From assembly GCA_965240355.1 (NCBI GenBank), contig OZ251217.1:650264-714263 (forward strand): DNA of 64,000 nt, written 5' to 3'. Under the pieces are notes generated by a model. The model saw nothing but the letters and a program-made list of their open reading frames with translations. It was not told the origin of the DNA and ran no database searches. A program made the position numbers and the translations under genes. This document shows positions 20,450-31,999 of the stretch, piece by piece. Numbering within the stretch: position 1 is the stretch's first letter; each line of letters begins with the position of its first letter. This DNA comes from an uncultured Francisella sp. GTDB taxonomy: Bacteria > Pseudomonadota > Gammaproteobacteria > Francisellales > Francisellaceae.

Positions 20450-21018
20450 TATTCTTTAGTAGAAGTAGAATGATTAAACCAATAATAAAAACCATAAAAG
20501 GCTGTTAAGAAAAATACGAAATTCTGAATAACTTGACCATGCAAACCTTGTTGATACATTACAACTACAAAGTACAAATCAGAAACTATCCAAACAATCC
20601 AATTTTCCATAAACTTTTCGATAGTCATAACCACCGCTGTAAACGTTATACCTGTTAAGATACCAGTTGATAGAATATCTTTAGAATCAGTTAGATAGTT
20701 AAAGCCTCTTGACAATACACACAAACTCACGACATAGACAAAGTATCGTAAGTAGTCTTTTAATTTCATCCACTTGATAGTTTTATGATCACCCTCAACA
20801 CCTTGTTTATACCACTTATACCAACCATAGCTAAAAAATACTACATACACACATTGCAGCAACACCAAAGAGTAAGTTCCCTTGATTGCAAACAGCACTA
20901 AAAGTAATATAGCACCAACTATACCTAATGACCAAGACCAGATCTTGAGTCGAGCAAGATATATTGTATACAATACATTAATAATCAAAGCTGAGTAATC
21001 TAAAAAACTAAGTAACAT
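20449..21018 (-). CDS. pnuC: Nicotinamide riboside transporter PnuC family
   Basis: 189-aa polytopic membrane protein with Trp-rich PnuC-like motifs (FFSYGWYKWYKQG, ENWIVWIVSD). Confidence 0.6.
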   Translation of the reverse strand: MLLSFLDYSALIINVLYTIYLARLKIWSWSLGIVGAILLLVLFAIKGTYSLVLLQCVYVVFFSYGWYKWYKQGVEGDHKTIKWMKLKDYLRYFVYVVSLCVLSRGFNYLTDSKDILSTGILTGITFTAVVMTIEKFMENWIVWIVSDLYFVVVMYQQGLHGQVIQNFVFFLTAFYGFYYWFNHSTSTKE

Positions 21019-21033
21019 TCATTCATCATAAAT

Positions 21034-22230
21034 TTAGAAACAATCCGATAATTTTATATCAAGACTACTATTTAATTTAGATTTTACAGCACTTAATTTT
21101 TCAACCTCAGTATCTTTGAGATTTAGCGATGGGTGAAGTGCCGCATATATTTTCTTTAAACTAAGATCAAAAACATCACAGTTTAAGTAGCATTTATCGG
21201 CACTATCTATTCTTAGAATGTTCTGTCTTTCTAGAAGATAAAGGATATTTTTTATTTTATCATAGTCAGTTATTCCTGTATTTTTGTATATAGAATCCAT
21301 CGTAATTCCATCAACTAAATCTTTCTGTGCTAGATGTAACTCTCTAAGAATGCTGATACTTATACTCAAATCATCACTTTTATTTTCTTCATTAAAGTTT
21401 AAACTAACTCGCATATGCTGCATTACCCTTATCATCACAGAGCCTAGAAGCGTTATATGCCAAGCAACAAACACCCATAAGATAAATATAGGAATCAAAG
21501 ACAATGAGCCATAAATAAAAGAGTAAATAGGCACATAAAACATATACAATGAAAATAATTTCTTTGCAACTGTAAATAAAACCGCAACTAAAAATGATGC
21601 CAATAAAGCAATCCATGAATTAATCTTCGTATTAGGCAATATTTTATATACCACAAAAAAACCACCCGTTAGGAACAGCAAAGATAAACCACTTAAAAGG
21701 TATTTTTCAATACCCATATCATTAAGAATCCATGTCATAGATAACACATAAGTACTAGATACAAACACAAATCCTAAAAGTAAAGGGCCTACAGTCATCA
21801 AGGCCCAATAAACCAATAAACTTTGAACCATAGAACGAGGTTTTTGGACATGAAATATTTTGTTAAGAGTTTTTTCTAACCTTTTAATCATCATAAAAAT
21901 CAGTACCATTAAAAAGAAAACTGACACTATAGGCAGTGCTGTCATTTGCTGTGAGATACTTACTACATATTCTTGTACTATGTTTGCTGTATCTGGAAGC
22001 ATATTTGAGAACAAAAATTGCTGAATATTGCCAGAAAGTGAATTAAATACATGAAAAGTGTCCAAAATATTTATTATAATAAAAAAAGCAGGTACTATAG
22101 CAAATAAACTTGAAAGAGTAATAGAAGCTGCTACAGTTGGACAATCTTTACGGACATATTCCTTAAAAACCCAGATCCAGTAGTTTTTGAAGATGAACAA
22201 ATACTTTTTATATAAATTAATATTAGGCAT
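21034..22230 (-). CDS. yihY: YihY/BrkB-family inner membrane protein with C-terminal soluble extension
   Basis: N-terminus ...CPTVAASITLSSLFAIVPAFFIIINIL, six TM segments typical of the YihY family, and a C-terminal domain of about 100 aa. Confidence 0.7.
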   Translation of the reverse strand: MPNINLYKKYLFIFKNYWIWVFKEYVRKDCPTVAASITLSSLFAIVPAFFIIINILDTFHVFNSLSGNIQQFLFSNMLPDTANIVQEYVVSISQQMTALPIVSVFFLMVLIFMMIKRLEKTLNKIFHVQKPRSMVQSLLVYWALMTVGPLLLGFVFVSSTYVLSMTWILNDMGIEKYLLSGLSLLFLTGGFFVVYKILPNTKINSWIALLASFLVAVLFTVAKKLFSLYMFYVPIYSFIYGSLSLIPIFILWVFVAWHITLLGSVMIRVMQHMRVSLNFNEENKSDDLSISISILRELHLAQKDLVDGITMDSIYKNTGITDYDKIKNILYLLERQNILRIDSADKCYLNCDVFDLSLKKIYAALHPSLNLKDTEVEKLSAVKSKLNSSLDIKLSDCF

Positions 22231-22242
22231 ATAATTAGACTT

Positions 22243-22833
22243 ATGAAAAACATACTAATACTATACTACAGCCAAGTTGGAAGTACAAAGAAAATGGCTC
22301 ACACCATAGCCTTAGGCGTAGAAGAAAGTGGTGCTAATGCCACTATAAGAACTGTACCAAATATTTCCGCAAATACAGAGCAAGTTGAACCAGTCATCCC
22401 TGAAGATGGCGATTTGTACGCTAGCAAGGAAGATCTTGTTAATTGTGGTGGCTTGATAGTTGGTAGTCCAACTTACTTTGGCAATATGGCTTCTCCATTA
22501 AAACACTTCCTAGAAAAGCATGCAGATATATGGTTCAAAGGTAATCTCATTGGTAAACCTGTGGGATTTTTTACGGCAGCTTCTGGTATGCATGCCGGAC
22601 ATGAAAGTACTCTTCTTTCAATGATGATTCCTTTCATACATCATGGCTGTGTAATAGTTGGTATACCATACAGCGAACAAGCTCTTGAGCATACTCGTAC
22701 AGGTGGCACGCCCTATGGTGCTTCACACTTAAATGTATTCTCGCCAAACAAAACCCTCTCTGACGATGAAACAAAAATCTGCAAAACTCTAGGTAAACGC
22801 GTCTCAGAGATTGCAGTTAAACTATCTAATTAA
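22243..22833 (+). CDS. wrbA: NAD(P)H:quinone oxidoreductase, flavodoxin-like (WrbA type)
   Basis: MKNILILYYSQVGSTKKMA..., GSPTYFGNMASPLKHFLE and GGTPYGASH are WrbA-family motifs. Confidence 0.85.
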   Translation: MKNILILYYSQVGSTKKMAHTIALGVEESGANATIRTVPNISANTEQVEPVIPEDGDLYASKEDLVNCGGLIVGSPTYFGNMASPLKHFLEKHADIWFKGNLIGKPVGFFTAASGMHAGHESTLLSMMIPFIHHGCVIVGIPYSEQALEHTRTGGTPYGASHLNVFSPNKTLSDDETKICKTLGKRVSEIAVKLSN

Positions 22834-22843
22834 GGAAAAAAGC

Positions 22844-23302
22844 ATGAAAAAACTATTTTTTTTAATAATCGTTCCTCTTATGATGCTATCAGGCTGTTCT
22901 AGTGACGGTCCAAGCTATTCTGCGAACTCTATAGGGCAAGTTTCCAACATAGAGCAAGGTAAAATCATCGATATACAAAAAGTAAATATCAAGGGTAAAG
23001 ATAATATTGGTTCGCGTGTCGGCGGTATGGCCGGTGGGCTTGGCGGTGCTTTAGCTGGTAGCGGAAATATGCTCACAAGCATAGCAGGATCTATCGGTGG
23101 GGCTCTGGTTGGTGGTGTTGCAGGTGGTGCAACCGAAAAAGCTCTTACTAGTTCCGAGGCTTATCAATTTGTAATTCAGCTAAAAGATGGTAAATCAATA
23201 GCGGTACTTCAAAAAGAGGTTAAAGGAATAAGTGTTGGTGATAATGTCACAATCCTTTCATCTGCTAACAACACTCGCATAATACCGCAAGATAAAACTT
23301 AG
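22844..23302 (+). CDS. Glycine-zipper outer-membrane lipoprotein (SlyB/17-kDa-antigen-like)
   Basis: Lipoprotein signal MKKLFFLIIVPLMMLSGCSS and a Gly-zipper GGMAGGLGGALAGSGNMLTSIAGSIGGALVGGVAGGA. The start is set at the Met with the signal peptide (22844) rather than the track start (22811). Confidence 0.8.
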   Translation: MKKLFFLIIVPLMMLSGCSSDGPSYSANSIGQVSNIEQGKIIDIQKVNIKGKDNIGSRVGGMAGGLGGALAGSGNMLTSIAGSIGGALVGGVAGGATEKALTSSEAYQFVIQLKDGKSIAVLQKEVKGISVGDNVTILSSANNTRIIPQDKT

Positions 23303-23421
23303 AATCAAGTTCTTGGATGCAGTTAATATTTGCCATCACGATACCGATGGTTTAATATATAAACATATTCTTTTTGATAATATTTACATAGCTTTTTAAT
23401 GAATAAAGATTTATATAAGTA

Positions 23422-23606
23422 ATGTATAAAGAACGCGTAAAGGTTTTAGGCTTAAGCATTTGGTTTATTTGTGACTTTTTTACGCATTAGAATATTTCAT
23501 TAGATCCTCTGGTGGTGCTTTATTTGACGCTTACTCGATACTTCCTTATAATATGTCTGCTGAAGAGATCTCTATGTCTAGTTCAGCCTTTTATCTTACT
23601 TACTGA
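23422..23606 (+). pseudogene. N-terminal fragment of an MFS transporter (same family as 13215-14423)
   Basis: Reads MYKERVKVLGLSIWFICDFFTH*, then a frameshift, then IRSSGGALFDAYSILPYNMSAEEISMSSSAFYLTY*. This parallels ...FHDYSIAPYNLSPGRIGIFSSAFYWAY of the other copy. The rest of the gene is absent. Confidence 0.55.
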
Positions 23607-23922
23607 AGTTACGCACTTTAAACTACAGTACTTTCAATTTAAAAAGACAAACCAATTATATGTCACTACAAAAAACCTGTTATTTTCATCAAAAACAGCT
23701 AAGAAATCATATAAGGGTTCTTCTAAAAACTCTGTGTATGCAGATTAACTAACTTTAAATTTATCACAACAAGGCGAAAATTGATGGTAATAGTATATCT
23801 ATTGCTGAAAATTGCAACTCAGATGTGGTGAATTTGAGCATTAAGATGCGTGCTTATGATTTTTTAGAGATGTAATTGACCACCTATAATTACAACAAAT
23901 TTATATAAGTTAAAATTATAAA

Positions 23923-24634
23923 ATGATAATTACCCAAGAAATTGAATATCACTCTGATGGCAAACTAATAAAAGGCTTCTGTGCCTACCCTGAGAGAGGC
24001 TCTTATTTACCTGTTGTTATAATAGCACCTACATGGGCTGGTAGAGATAACTTTGTATGTGACAAAGCGATTGCTCTTGCAAAAAAAGGTTACTTAGCTT
24101 TTGCCATAGATTTATATAGCGATGCGAAAGTTGGTAGTTAAAAAGACGGAAATACTGCTTTAATGAATGATTTATGAGAAGACAAATACTCCCTAATGAC
24201 AAGGCTTAGAGCATCTTGCGGCATAGTTGAAAAAATGCACCGTATAGATAAGCATAATATTGCCGCTATAGGATACTGCTTTAGCGGAAAATGTGTAACT
24301 AGATATGGCAGATTTAAAAGCTGTAGTAAGCTTTCACGGGCTTGTTGAATCAAACATAACCAAATAGCAAAACATCGACACTAAGATCTTAGTACTTCAT
24401 GGTAATAACGATCAGATGGTAGCACCAGAGCAAGTAATTACATGTCAACAAAAAATGGAAAAAAGAGAGGCTGATTGGCAGCTACATAGTTTTGGTAATA
24501 CTTACAATGCCTTAACAAACCCTAAAGCAAATGACCCTAAGTTTGGTACTGTTTATAACAAACTATCTGACCAAAGATCTTGGAAATTAACAATAGACTT
24601 TTTGAGAGAGAATTTTACTAGTAGCGAGTATTAA
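23923..24634 (+). pseudogene. Dienelactone hydrolase-family protein pseudogene
   Basis: An N-terminal ORF (23923-24141, …VVIIAPTWAGRDNFVCDKAIALAKKGYLAFAIDLY) and a C-terminal ORF (24416-24634) lie in different frames. The middle portion (…IAAIGYCFSGK…) is interrupted by stops. Confidence 0.75.
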
Positions 24635-24644
24635 ATAAAGGCTA

Positions 24645-25056
24645 TTAATAATTTATATCACTAACTTCTTTTTTATTTGTTATATCAGCTTTATAGATTT
24701 TGTTTTATCACCAAACACACCAAACCTAATTGCAACTTCTCAAGAGTTTTCTGTTAAAGGTGTTATCGTTATTTTAAAATCTTTATCATCAAGTTTTGTC
24801 TAACCTGAAATTCTAGCACCTTAACCATTATTTATACTTTCAACGATACTATAGTTGCCAGATTCTTTTAAAATTTTAGTTGTCGCCTGATAAATCTTTC
24901 TTGAAGAAGCATCTTCATTTTCAGTAAAATAACCTTTATAGTAAGCATAACCTCCAGCTCCTGGGGCTTATTGCACCAGAAACTATCATTTCATCTCGAG
25001 AGCAAGGACTAACAAACAACCCCGAAGCTAATGCGACTATAAGACCAACTTTTTTA
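24645..25056 (-). pseudogene. DUF3568-type lipoprotein pseudogene, 5' end abutted by IS30 copy B
   Basis: The minus strand reads KKVGLIVALASGLFVSPCS…, then a frameshift, then PGAGGYAYYKGYFTENEDASSRKIYQATTKILKESGNYSIVESINNG*…EVAIRFGVFGDKTKSIKLI*. There is no start codon before the IS end at 25059. Confidence 0.6.
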
Positions 25057-25058
25057 TA

Positions 25059-26104
25059 ATTATATTCAAGTTGTAAGTGCGACAAAATAATTGTTGCACT
25101 AAAAAAGTAAGTTAGATATTGTCACACTTGCTAAAAATTTACTTAAGGAATCACCATAGGACCATCCTACACACAACTTACTCAAGAACAAAGATACCAC
25201 ATTAGTTCACTATTGAAAATAGGTGTTTCTAAAACACAAATAGCCATGGAAGTTGGTTGTAACCAAAGTAGCATATACAAAGAGATAAACCGTAACACCG
25301 GCAAACGAGGTTATAGACCTAAACAAGAACAATAACTTGCAAACTCAAGAAAACGTAAAGGCAACAAACAAATTATGCAATTTGGTTGGAGCTATGTAGA
25401 GCATCTTATCAAACAGTATTGGTATCCAGAGCAAATAAGTGGCGGTTTAACATCTAATGGGTGGGTTAGATGTCATAAGTGCTGAAAGCATCTATAAGTA
25501 TATCTATGGGAATAAAGAAAGAGGCAGTGACTTACACACTTATTTGCGTTGTCAGAAAACTTATCGTAAAAGAGGTACGGCTAGTCAAGAGCATAGAGGC
25601 CAAATACAAAATATAGTTTCAATACATGAGAGAGACTTTGAGATTTTGAGGGAGACACTATTATTGGCAAAGATCACAAGGGTGACTTATTAACACTAGT
25701 TGATAGAGTATCTAAACTAACTAAAATTAAACCTTTGGCTAGTAAGAATGCTGAAAACTTAGCAAACAGTTGAATACAAACACTTAATGCGTCACATACT
25801 CACTCAATCACTTTTGATAATGGTAAAGAGTTTTCCAAACACATGCTAATATCAGAAGTATTAGAGATAGATATATTTTTTGCTGATACATACTCTTCTT
25901 GGCAACGTGGCACCAATGAAAATACAAATGGGTTAATTAGACAATTCTTCTCTAAAAACCTGAGATTAGATAATATTACTTAAGACCAAACTAGAAGAGT
26001 TGAAAACCTATTGAACAACAGAAATAAAAAAAGTCTTGGATTCAACACTCCGCTTCAGGTAGAATCTAGAAATAAGGTTGTCGCACTTGGTACTTGAATC
26101 TAAG
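25059..26104 (+). mobile_element. IS30-family insertion sequence, copy B, transposase degraded
   Basis: Same element as 6725-7794. The IR tips lie at 25059 (mutated tip AATTATATTCAAGTTGTAAGTGCGAC) and 26104 (…GTCGCACTTGGTACTTGAATCTAAG). It has an internal stop (…KQEQ*LANSRKRK), a frameshift and a roughly 24-bp deletion shared with copy C. A C-terminal remnant GTNENTNGLIRQFF is recognisable. Confidence 0.85.
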
Positions 26105-26135
26105 ACCTAAAGAAATCATATTTAAACTTTATTTT

Positions 26136-26684
26136 TCAAAGTCCAGAATCTTTTATTAAGCCGATATAAGACAATTGACGGTATCTATCGTTATAGTCTA
26201 AACCATAACCAACGATAAATTTATCTTCTATTTCAAAACAGATATAATCAAGATCAACTTCTCTCTCGAGCTTAGCTGGCTTAAACAATAGTGTAGCAAA
26301 CTTAAGAGTCTTTGGTTCAAGCTGATTTAACCCATCTACTAACCTATGATAAGTATGTCCAGTATCGACAATGTCTTCAACTATAATTACATTTTTACCC
26401 TCTATATATTCCTTTTTTAAAGAATCTATAGTTGATATAACCTTACCAGAACTTACTGTTCTAGATCCATAAGATGAAGCTGTTACAAAATAAGTACGAA
26501 GATCTACATCAAGCTTTCTTGTTAAGTCAGCAAAAAACATAAATGAGCCTTTTAGCACACAGATAAGTACTATCTCTTGACCTGCAAACTCTTTGTTTAT
26601 TTTATTAGCTAATTTAGATACTTCTCTATCAAGCTCTTCAGCTGATATATATACTTCTGTATTTTCTGTAGCAAAACTCATCAA
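26136..26684 (-). CDS. hpt: Hypoxanthine phosphoribosyltransferase
   Basis: 182 aa with the PRPP-binding motif [13 protein letters not shown] and the Hpt-type C-terminus [17 protein letters not shown]. Confidence 0.92.
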   Translation of the reverse strand: MMSFATENTEVYISAEELDREVSKLANKINKEFAGQEIVLICVLKGSFMFFADLTRKLDVDLRTYFVTASSYGSRTVSSGKVISTIDSLKKEYIEGKNVIIVEDIVDTGHTYHRLVDGLNQLEPKTLKFATLLFKPAKLEREVDLDYICFEIEDKFIVGYGLDYNDRYRQLSYIGLIKDSGL

Positions 26685-26685
26685 A

Positions 26686-27972
26686 CTACCCTTTGTTAAA
26701 ATAATCTTCTAAGAACAAAATTTGCTCTCTTGATGGACCATAAGCAAGTGATGATATAAGTATACCTATATGCTTCTCTATAGTATCTAAATACACTTTA
26801 AGAGATTCTGGCATATTATCTAGCGTGATTTCATCTTCTATGGTAAATGGTTCTAGCTCTACTAGTATTGGCTCTACTTTGTATAAGTTAATACCAGGGT
26901 AAGCACAATCAATTTCTTTACCTTTGTATTTATAGCCTGTACAAATTTTAAGAGTATCCATACCTGAAAGTACATCTACCTTTGTAAGAGCTATAGAAGA
27001 AAGGTTTGAACATTTTGCAGAATACTTAAGCAATGGCAAGTCTAACCAGCCACATCTACGCGTACGGCCTGTAGTTACACCAATCTCACCACCTTTGTGC
27101 TGAATAAAATCACCAATATCATCAAAAAGCTCTGTAGGGAAAGGACCTTCTCCTACTCTAGTTAAATACGCTTTTGTGATTCCTATCACATGATCAAGAT
27201 TGTGACCTGCAGTCGTTGCACCTGAGTACACACCGGCTACTGAAGTATTTGATGATGTCACAAATGGATAAGTACCATAATCTACATCTAGAAGCACACC
27301 TTGCGCGCCCTCATAAACTATATTTTTACTTTCAGCCATTGCAGTATCTATGATTGAGAATGTATCTGCAGCATACTGCTTAAGCTTTTGACCTAATGTA
27401 TAAAGTCTCTCAAGCTCTTCTTCTAAGCTTGGATATTCAATTTTATATAAATCTTTAAATAAAGCTTCTTTTTCTACTAAAGCTAACTTTAATCTTGCTA
27501 TTAGTAGCTCTTTGTCAAATAGATGAGCAAATTTAATACCTTTACGAGACACTTTATCTTCATAAGCAGGGCCAATTCCTTTGCCTGTTGTACCAATTTT
27601 TTCGCTAGTTGTATTTTCACGAGCAGCATCTAAAAGCTTATGGTAAGAAGTAATAACTGTACATGAGCCTGATACAAATAGATTTTTACCTGATATCTCG
27701 ATACCATTTTCTTGTAAACGAGTAACTTCTTGATCTAGAGCGACAGGGTCTAAAACCACACCGTGACCTATCACGCATTTTGTATGCTTATGCAATACAC
27801 CTGATGGCACTAAATGTAAGAATGTAGTCTTACCATTTACCACCAAAGTATGGCCAGCATTGTTACCACCTTGGTAACGCACGATTAAATCTGATTTTGC
27901 TGCGAGAGTATCGGCGATTTTACCTTTGCCTTCATCGCCCCATTGAGCACCTACGATTATTATATTTGACAT
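26686..27972 (-). CDS. purA: Adenylosuccinate synthetase
   Basis: [27 protein letters not shown] and [14 protein letters not shown] are canonical PurA motifs. Confidence 0.97.
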   Translation of the reverse strand: MSNIIIVGAQWGDEGKGKIADTLAAKSDLIVRYQGGNNAGHTLVVNGKTTFLHLVPSGVLHKHTKCVIGHGVVLDPVALDQEVTRLQENGIEISGKNLFVSGSCTVITSYHKLLDAARENTTSEKIGTTGKGIGPAYEDKVSRKGIKFAHLFDKELLIARLKLALVEKEALFKDLYKIEYPSLEEELERLYTLGQKLKQYAADTFSIIDTAMAESKNIVYEGAQGVLLDVDYGTYPFVTSSNTSVAGVYSGATTAGHNLDHVIGITKAYLTRVGEGPFPTELFDDIGDFIQHKGGEIGVTTGRTRRCGWLDLPLLKYSAKCSNLSSIALTKVDVLSGMDTLKICTGYKYKGKEIDCAYPGINLYKVEPILVELEPFTIEDEITLDNMPESLKVYLDTIEKHIGILISSLAYGPSREQILFLEDYFNKG

Positions 27973-28092
27973 CTACTTGGATCTTTTTGAAAATTAAAGT
28001 TTAGGTTATATTATTTTAATATATTAGCCAACACTTTGCTAGAATAACTTAGTTATAAAAACATATCTAACTAGTTTTTTCAGTTTCAAAAT

Positions 28093-28101
28093 TGCTATAA
28101 T
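28093..28101 (+). promoter_or_regulatory. Candidate extended -10 promoter element for purH
   Basis: TGCTATAAT (TGn + TATAAT) lies 49 nt upstream of the purH ATG in the purA/purH divergent spacer. Motif match only. Confidence 0.35.
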
Positions 28102-28149
28102 AAACCCAATAATTACTTTCAGTCATAGTCAACCCAAAGGAATTTAAGT

Positions 28150-29697
28150 ATGTCAAAGATAAAAAGAGTATTAATATCTGTATCAGATAAAACAGGCATA
28201 GTTGACTTTGCAAAAGAACTAAGCAAATATAATGTCCAAATCCTTGCAACAGGAGGTACATCAAAAGCATTAAAAAATGCTGATCTAGATGTAACTGATG
28301 TCTCAGATCACACTCATTTTCCAGAAATTATGAATGGTCGTGTAAAGACACTTCATCCGCTTATTCATGGAGGCATACTAGCTGAACGAGACAACCGAGA
28401 ACACCTAGATGCAATGCTTGAAAACAATATCAACCGCATCGATATGGTTGTTGTAAACCTATATCCATTTGTAAATACCGTTGAATCTGGCGCTGATTAT
28501 GACACTTGTGTTGAAAATATAGACATCGGTGGTCCATCAATGGTTCGCTCTTGTGCAAAAAACCACAAGCACACTACTATTCTTACAAATCCAAGCCAAT
28601 ACGAAACTGTAATAAAAGAGATGGCTGAAAATGAAGGCGAGACAAATCTAGCAACTCGTAAAGAATTTGCAAAAGAAGCTTTTGCTCATACTGCTGAGTA
28701 TGATAGCCATATTGCAAACTGGTTTAGCAAAGAGTTAGACGAAGAACATCCTCAAAAAATCTTCTCCGTAGGTACACTTCAAGAAGTCCTTAGATACGGC
28801 GAAAACCCTCATCAAAAAGCTGCTGTATATAATACAGATAAGAATGCTGTAAGCATAACAAATGCTAAAAAACTACAAGGTAAAGAGCTTTCTTATAACA
28901 ATCTAAATGATGCAGAAGGTGCTTTTGAAATGGTTTGTGAATTTAATGAGCCATCTTGTGCAATCATTAAGCATGCAAACCCTTGCGGTCTTGCTTCTGG
29001 TGCAAATGCTCACGATGCTTGGATAAAAGCACTATCTTGCGACCCTATCTCAGCATTTGGTGGAATTGTCGCTTTTAACTGTGAGGTTGATGCTGAGTTT
29101 GCTAGTTCTCTTGGTAAGATGTTTTTAGAAGTAATAATCGCACCGATCTATACTCAAGAAGCTCTTGAAATTTTAGCTGCTAAGAAAAATCTACGCGTAC
29201 TAGAGACAGACAAAATTTTTGATACTAAATCTGACCATATGATTAGTAAAAACATTCACGGAGGCGTACTTCGTCAATCTTATGATAATGGAATTATAAC
29301 TCAAGAAAACTGTACGGTGGAAACTGATCGAAAGCCTACAGATCAAGAGTGGGCTGATTTATTATTCGCATGGAAAACTGTGAAATTTGTTAAGTCAAAC
29401 GCTATCGTTTATGCTAGAGACAATCAAACAGTAGGTATCGGTGCTGGACAAATGAGTCGTGTAGATTCTGCTAGAATTGGTGCAGAAAAAGCAGCAACTC
29501 ATGAAACAGCTAAAAACTCCGCTGTAGCTTCTGATGCTTTTTTCCCATTTTCTGATGGCTTAGAAGAGTGTATCAAAGCAGGTGCAACAGCTGTAATCCA
29601 ACCTGGTGGCTCAAAGAACGACCAAGAAGTTATCGACGCTGCTAATAAATCTGGTATAACAATGGTCTTCACAGGTATGAGACACTTTAGACATTAA
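28150..29697 (+). CDS. purH: Bifunctional AICAR transformylase / IMP cyclohydrolase
   Basis: 515 aa with MGS-like N-terminus [20 protein letters not shown] and an AICARFT domain ending in …FTGMRHFRH. Confidence 0.97.
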   Translation: MSKIKRVLISVSDKTGIVDFAKELSKYNVQILATGGTSKALKNADLDVTDVSDHTHFPEIMNGRVKTLHPLIHGGILAERDNREHLDAMLENNINRIDMVVVNLYPFVNTVESGADYDTCVENIDIGGPSMVRSCAKNHKHTTILTNPSQYETVIKEMAENEGETNLATRKEFAKEAFAHTAEYDSHIANWFSKELDEEHPQKIFSVGTLQEVLRYGENPHQKAAVYNTDKNAVSITNAKKLQGKELSYNNLNDAEGAFEMVCEFNEPSCAIIKHANPCGLASGANAHDAWIKALSCDPISAFGGIVAFNCEVDAEFASSLGKMFLEVIIAPIYTQEALEILAAKKNLRVLETDKIFDTKSDHMISKNIHGGVLRQSYDNGIITQENCTVETDRKPTDQEWADLLFAWKTVKFVKSNAIVYARDNQTVGIGAGQMSRVDSARIGAEKAATHETAKNSAVASDAFFPFSDGLEECIKAGATAVIQPGGSKNDQEVIDAANKSGITMVFTGMRHFRH

Positions 29698-29766
29698 TTA
29701 TACTCAGCTGCTGAAGGTAACATTGGCGAAATTATCAAAATAATACCAATAAAAATAATAAAATAA

Positions 29767-30674
29767 GAGTTAATCGCAAAAATGGTTTGGTTTTTCACTA
29801 TTTTCTACCGTTATTGAGTAGATAGTAGTCAACCAACTTTTTCTTCAATAATATAGATAAACCTCTATGTACTCTAATCCTATTTTTTAAATCTGAAAAT
29901 TTACCACCATCAAGATGATTTGTTTTATTTGGAGTGCAAAATGCTTTGTTATTTTTATATGTGAAAAGATAGTACAGATTAGAGCATAAACTAGTGTAAG
30001 CTGCTCTTAGCTTATAGTGAGTGTAAGTTGCTTCACCAGTCTCATAATTGACTGTCATCTCAGCTAGAAAATTTTCATATTTAGCACGCCAACCTTGTAA
30101 CTTAGGGTTTTTAGTTATGTACCTTTGTACTATTTGTTTTTGATGAAAGTGGCACATTGGTGTCATATACCCTTTGAACACAGTGTGTAAGACTCTTTTA
30201 CCGTCCATAGTAAAATTATTAATCGTATATCCTAAGGGGAGAGTAATTGCTTGAATGATTTTTTGTAATATTCACACTTTTCTTTTTCAACATGCTCCCA
30301 CAACAAGATCTTGCATTTTAGTACTTGAATCTAAGCATCATAAAAAATAACGGTTCCTAACTTATCTTTTCTCTTGCCATAAAAAGTTGTATCACATTCT
30401 CAAGTTACTGCTCTAAAGTCATGCCTTTTTATTTCTACTTGATAGTTATTTATTTGACTATAAATAGATCTTTTTGACTTAAATACTTTGCCACAAGTGT
30501 TGCATCTATATCTTTGTAAGCTGTTTTTTTGTGCCATACTTTTGAGTCTGTTTTGAATCACAATTTAAACATTTTTTAGTGTTTTCTTACAAGCATTTGT
30601 AAGTAATCCTTTTTAAACCCTTATTATATCTTATTTACAGTCGTATTTTACCAACACGTTTTTGCGATTAGCTC
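29767..30674 (-). mobile_element. Degraded insertion sequence with zinc-ribbon transposase (IS1- or IS1595/IS1016-like; family not resolved)
   Basis: Imperfect terminal IRs are GAGTTAATCGCAAAAATGGTTTGG (29767-29790) and the reverse complement of 30651-30674 (GAGCTAATCGCAAAAACGTGTTGG). Minus-strand reading from the ATG at 30537-30535 gives MAQKNSLQRYRCNTCGKVFKSKR…, broken by stops (…AVT*, …FYDA*), and continues in ORF 29798-30208 (…CHFHQKQIVQRY…TNHLDGGKFSDLKNRIRVHRGLS). Confidence 0.65.
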
Positions 30675-31196
30675 AAAAATACCTAAACTAAAACAACCGC
30701 TATTAATAAAGCACAAACTAAAAAAGAGGAAACTCTTACTAAAAGCTTCCGACTCTTTATACCTATAAAAATAAATACTATCATTAACAGAGCACTAAAT
30801 ACTATATTTTGCTCAAGATGAGGATTTTATGTGATTTTAATAATATAAAGATATGCCACCAATGATTTAGCAACAACTTCAGCATAGATGACAGTCCCAA
30901 TAAGCATCATAAGAAAGTAGAGTGTTCTTAAGAAAAAAAACCATCTCTCCCGCCCAATAGTTCACTGTTGACTTCTTTATAAACTTTAGGTTTTTTCGAA
31001 GCAAATAATTTACGAACATATAGATTCTGAAATAAATATATATCAGGATAAGCTACTAAAATCGATATTGTAAATACTACAAATCCAACTATACTTGTAG
31101 TAATAGGTACTAGCACTATTCCAGCACCAACATCCATTCCTATACTAATTATTTGCCAGCTAAAAACAAACTTATCAAATTTAGATTTTTTTGCAT
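30675..31196 (-). pseudogene. Membrane-protein gene remnant interrupted by the IS at 29767-30674 (identity unknown)
   Basis: Hydrophobic fragments lie in several frames (MQKNLNLISLFLAGK*, ORF 30928-31137, then …MMLIGTVIYAEVVAKSLV…, …LVCALLIAVVLV…). A further hydrophobic tail on the other side of the IS (29698-29766) reads …[21 protein letters not shown]. No family recognised. Confidence 0.3.
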
Positions 31197-31301
31197 ATGC
31201 TTAGTTTTCTCAATTTTCTTATGCAAACAGGTTATTTCAAAAAAAATCGAAATTAGCAATGCTAAATTAAGCGCAACAAACTTTAAGTAAAAAGCTCTAT
31301 G

Positions 31302-31817
31302 CTACTGCTTGACCCATACTAGCTTATCAGTGTCAAAGCCTAGACTTTTAGCTTCAGATACAAAATCATCTTTTTGCTCTTGCGAAACTGTAGTTGTTCT
31401 TGCTAAAAACCATAGATAATATTTATCATTACCAGCTACATAAGCATACTTATAATCATCGTCTAATTTAAATACTACATACGCACCATAAAACGGCCTA
31501 AAGAACGATACTTCTAGAAAGCTTGTACTTGGGTTCTCAACAAATTTAGCGACACCTTCTGCATAAGTTCTATTAGTTTCATCCTTATTTATACCACTAT
31601 TGAGAACTTTTATACTACCATCAGAATTTAAACTATACTCTGCATTGACATGCGTCATACCTTTTTCAAAACGATTATCAAGTCGAGCTATTTCATACCA
31701 CTTACCAAGGTATCTATCTGCTTGAAATCCTTCTACGGGGTTGATGTTTACTGGTTTAGTCACACAACCAGCTAAAAGAAACATTGTTGCTATAGCCGTT
31801 ACTAGTAATTTTTTCAT
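31302..31817 (-). CDS. blc: Outer-membrane lipoprotein Blc (bacterial lipocalin)
   Basis: Lipobox LLAGC and the lipocalin signature RYLGKWYEIARLDNRFEKG. 171 aa. Confidence 0.88.
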   Translation of the reverse strand: MKKLLVTAIATMFLLAGCVTKPVNINPVEGFQADRYLGKWYEIARLDNRFEKGMTHVNAEYSLNSDGSIKVLNSGINKDETNRTYAEGVAKFVENPSTSFLEVSFFRPFYGAYVVFKLDDDYKYAYVAGNDKYYLWFLARTTTVSQEQKDDFVSEAKSLGFDTDKLVWVKQ

Positions 31818-31999
31818 ACCAATATAATCCTTTCGTTATTATGACTAATATAATAAACTACTCACTGTGAGCAACGCTAATTAATATTTTGTAATGTGCA
31901 GGTAATAGTAGTTACTATCATAAAATATTAAAGAGTTATAACAAATAAGAGTGAAATGCAAAGCAAGAAAGTAAGAATTTATATTGGGATTGGTATAAT

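Noticed and set aside
28067-28270. 67-aa minus-strand ORF overlapping the purH start and the purA/purH promoter region.
   Set aside because: It overlaps purH coding sequence antisense, has Leu/Tyr-rich low-complexity composition, and the region is the divergent promoter spacer.
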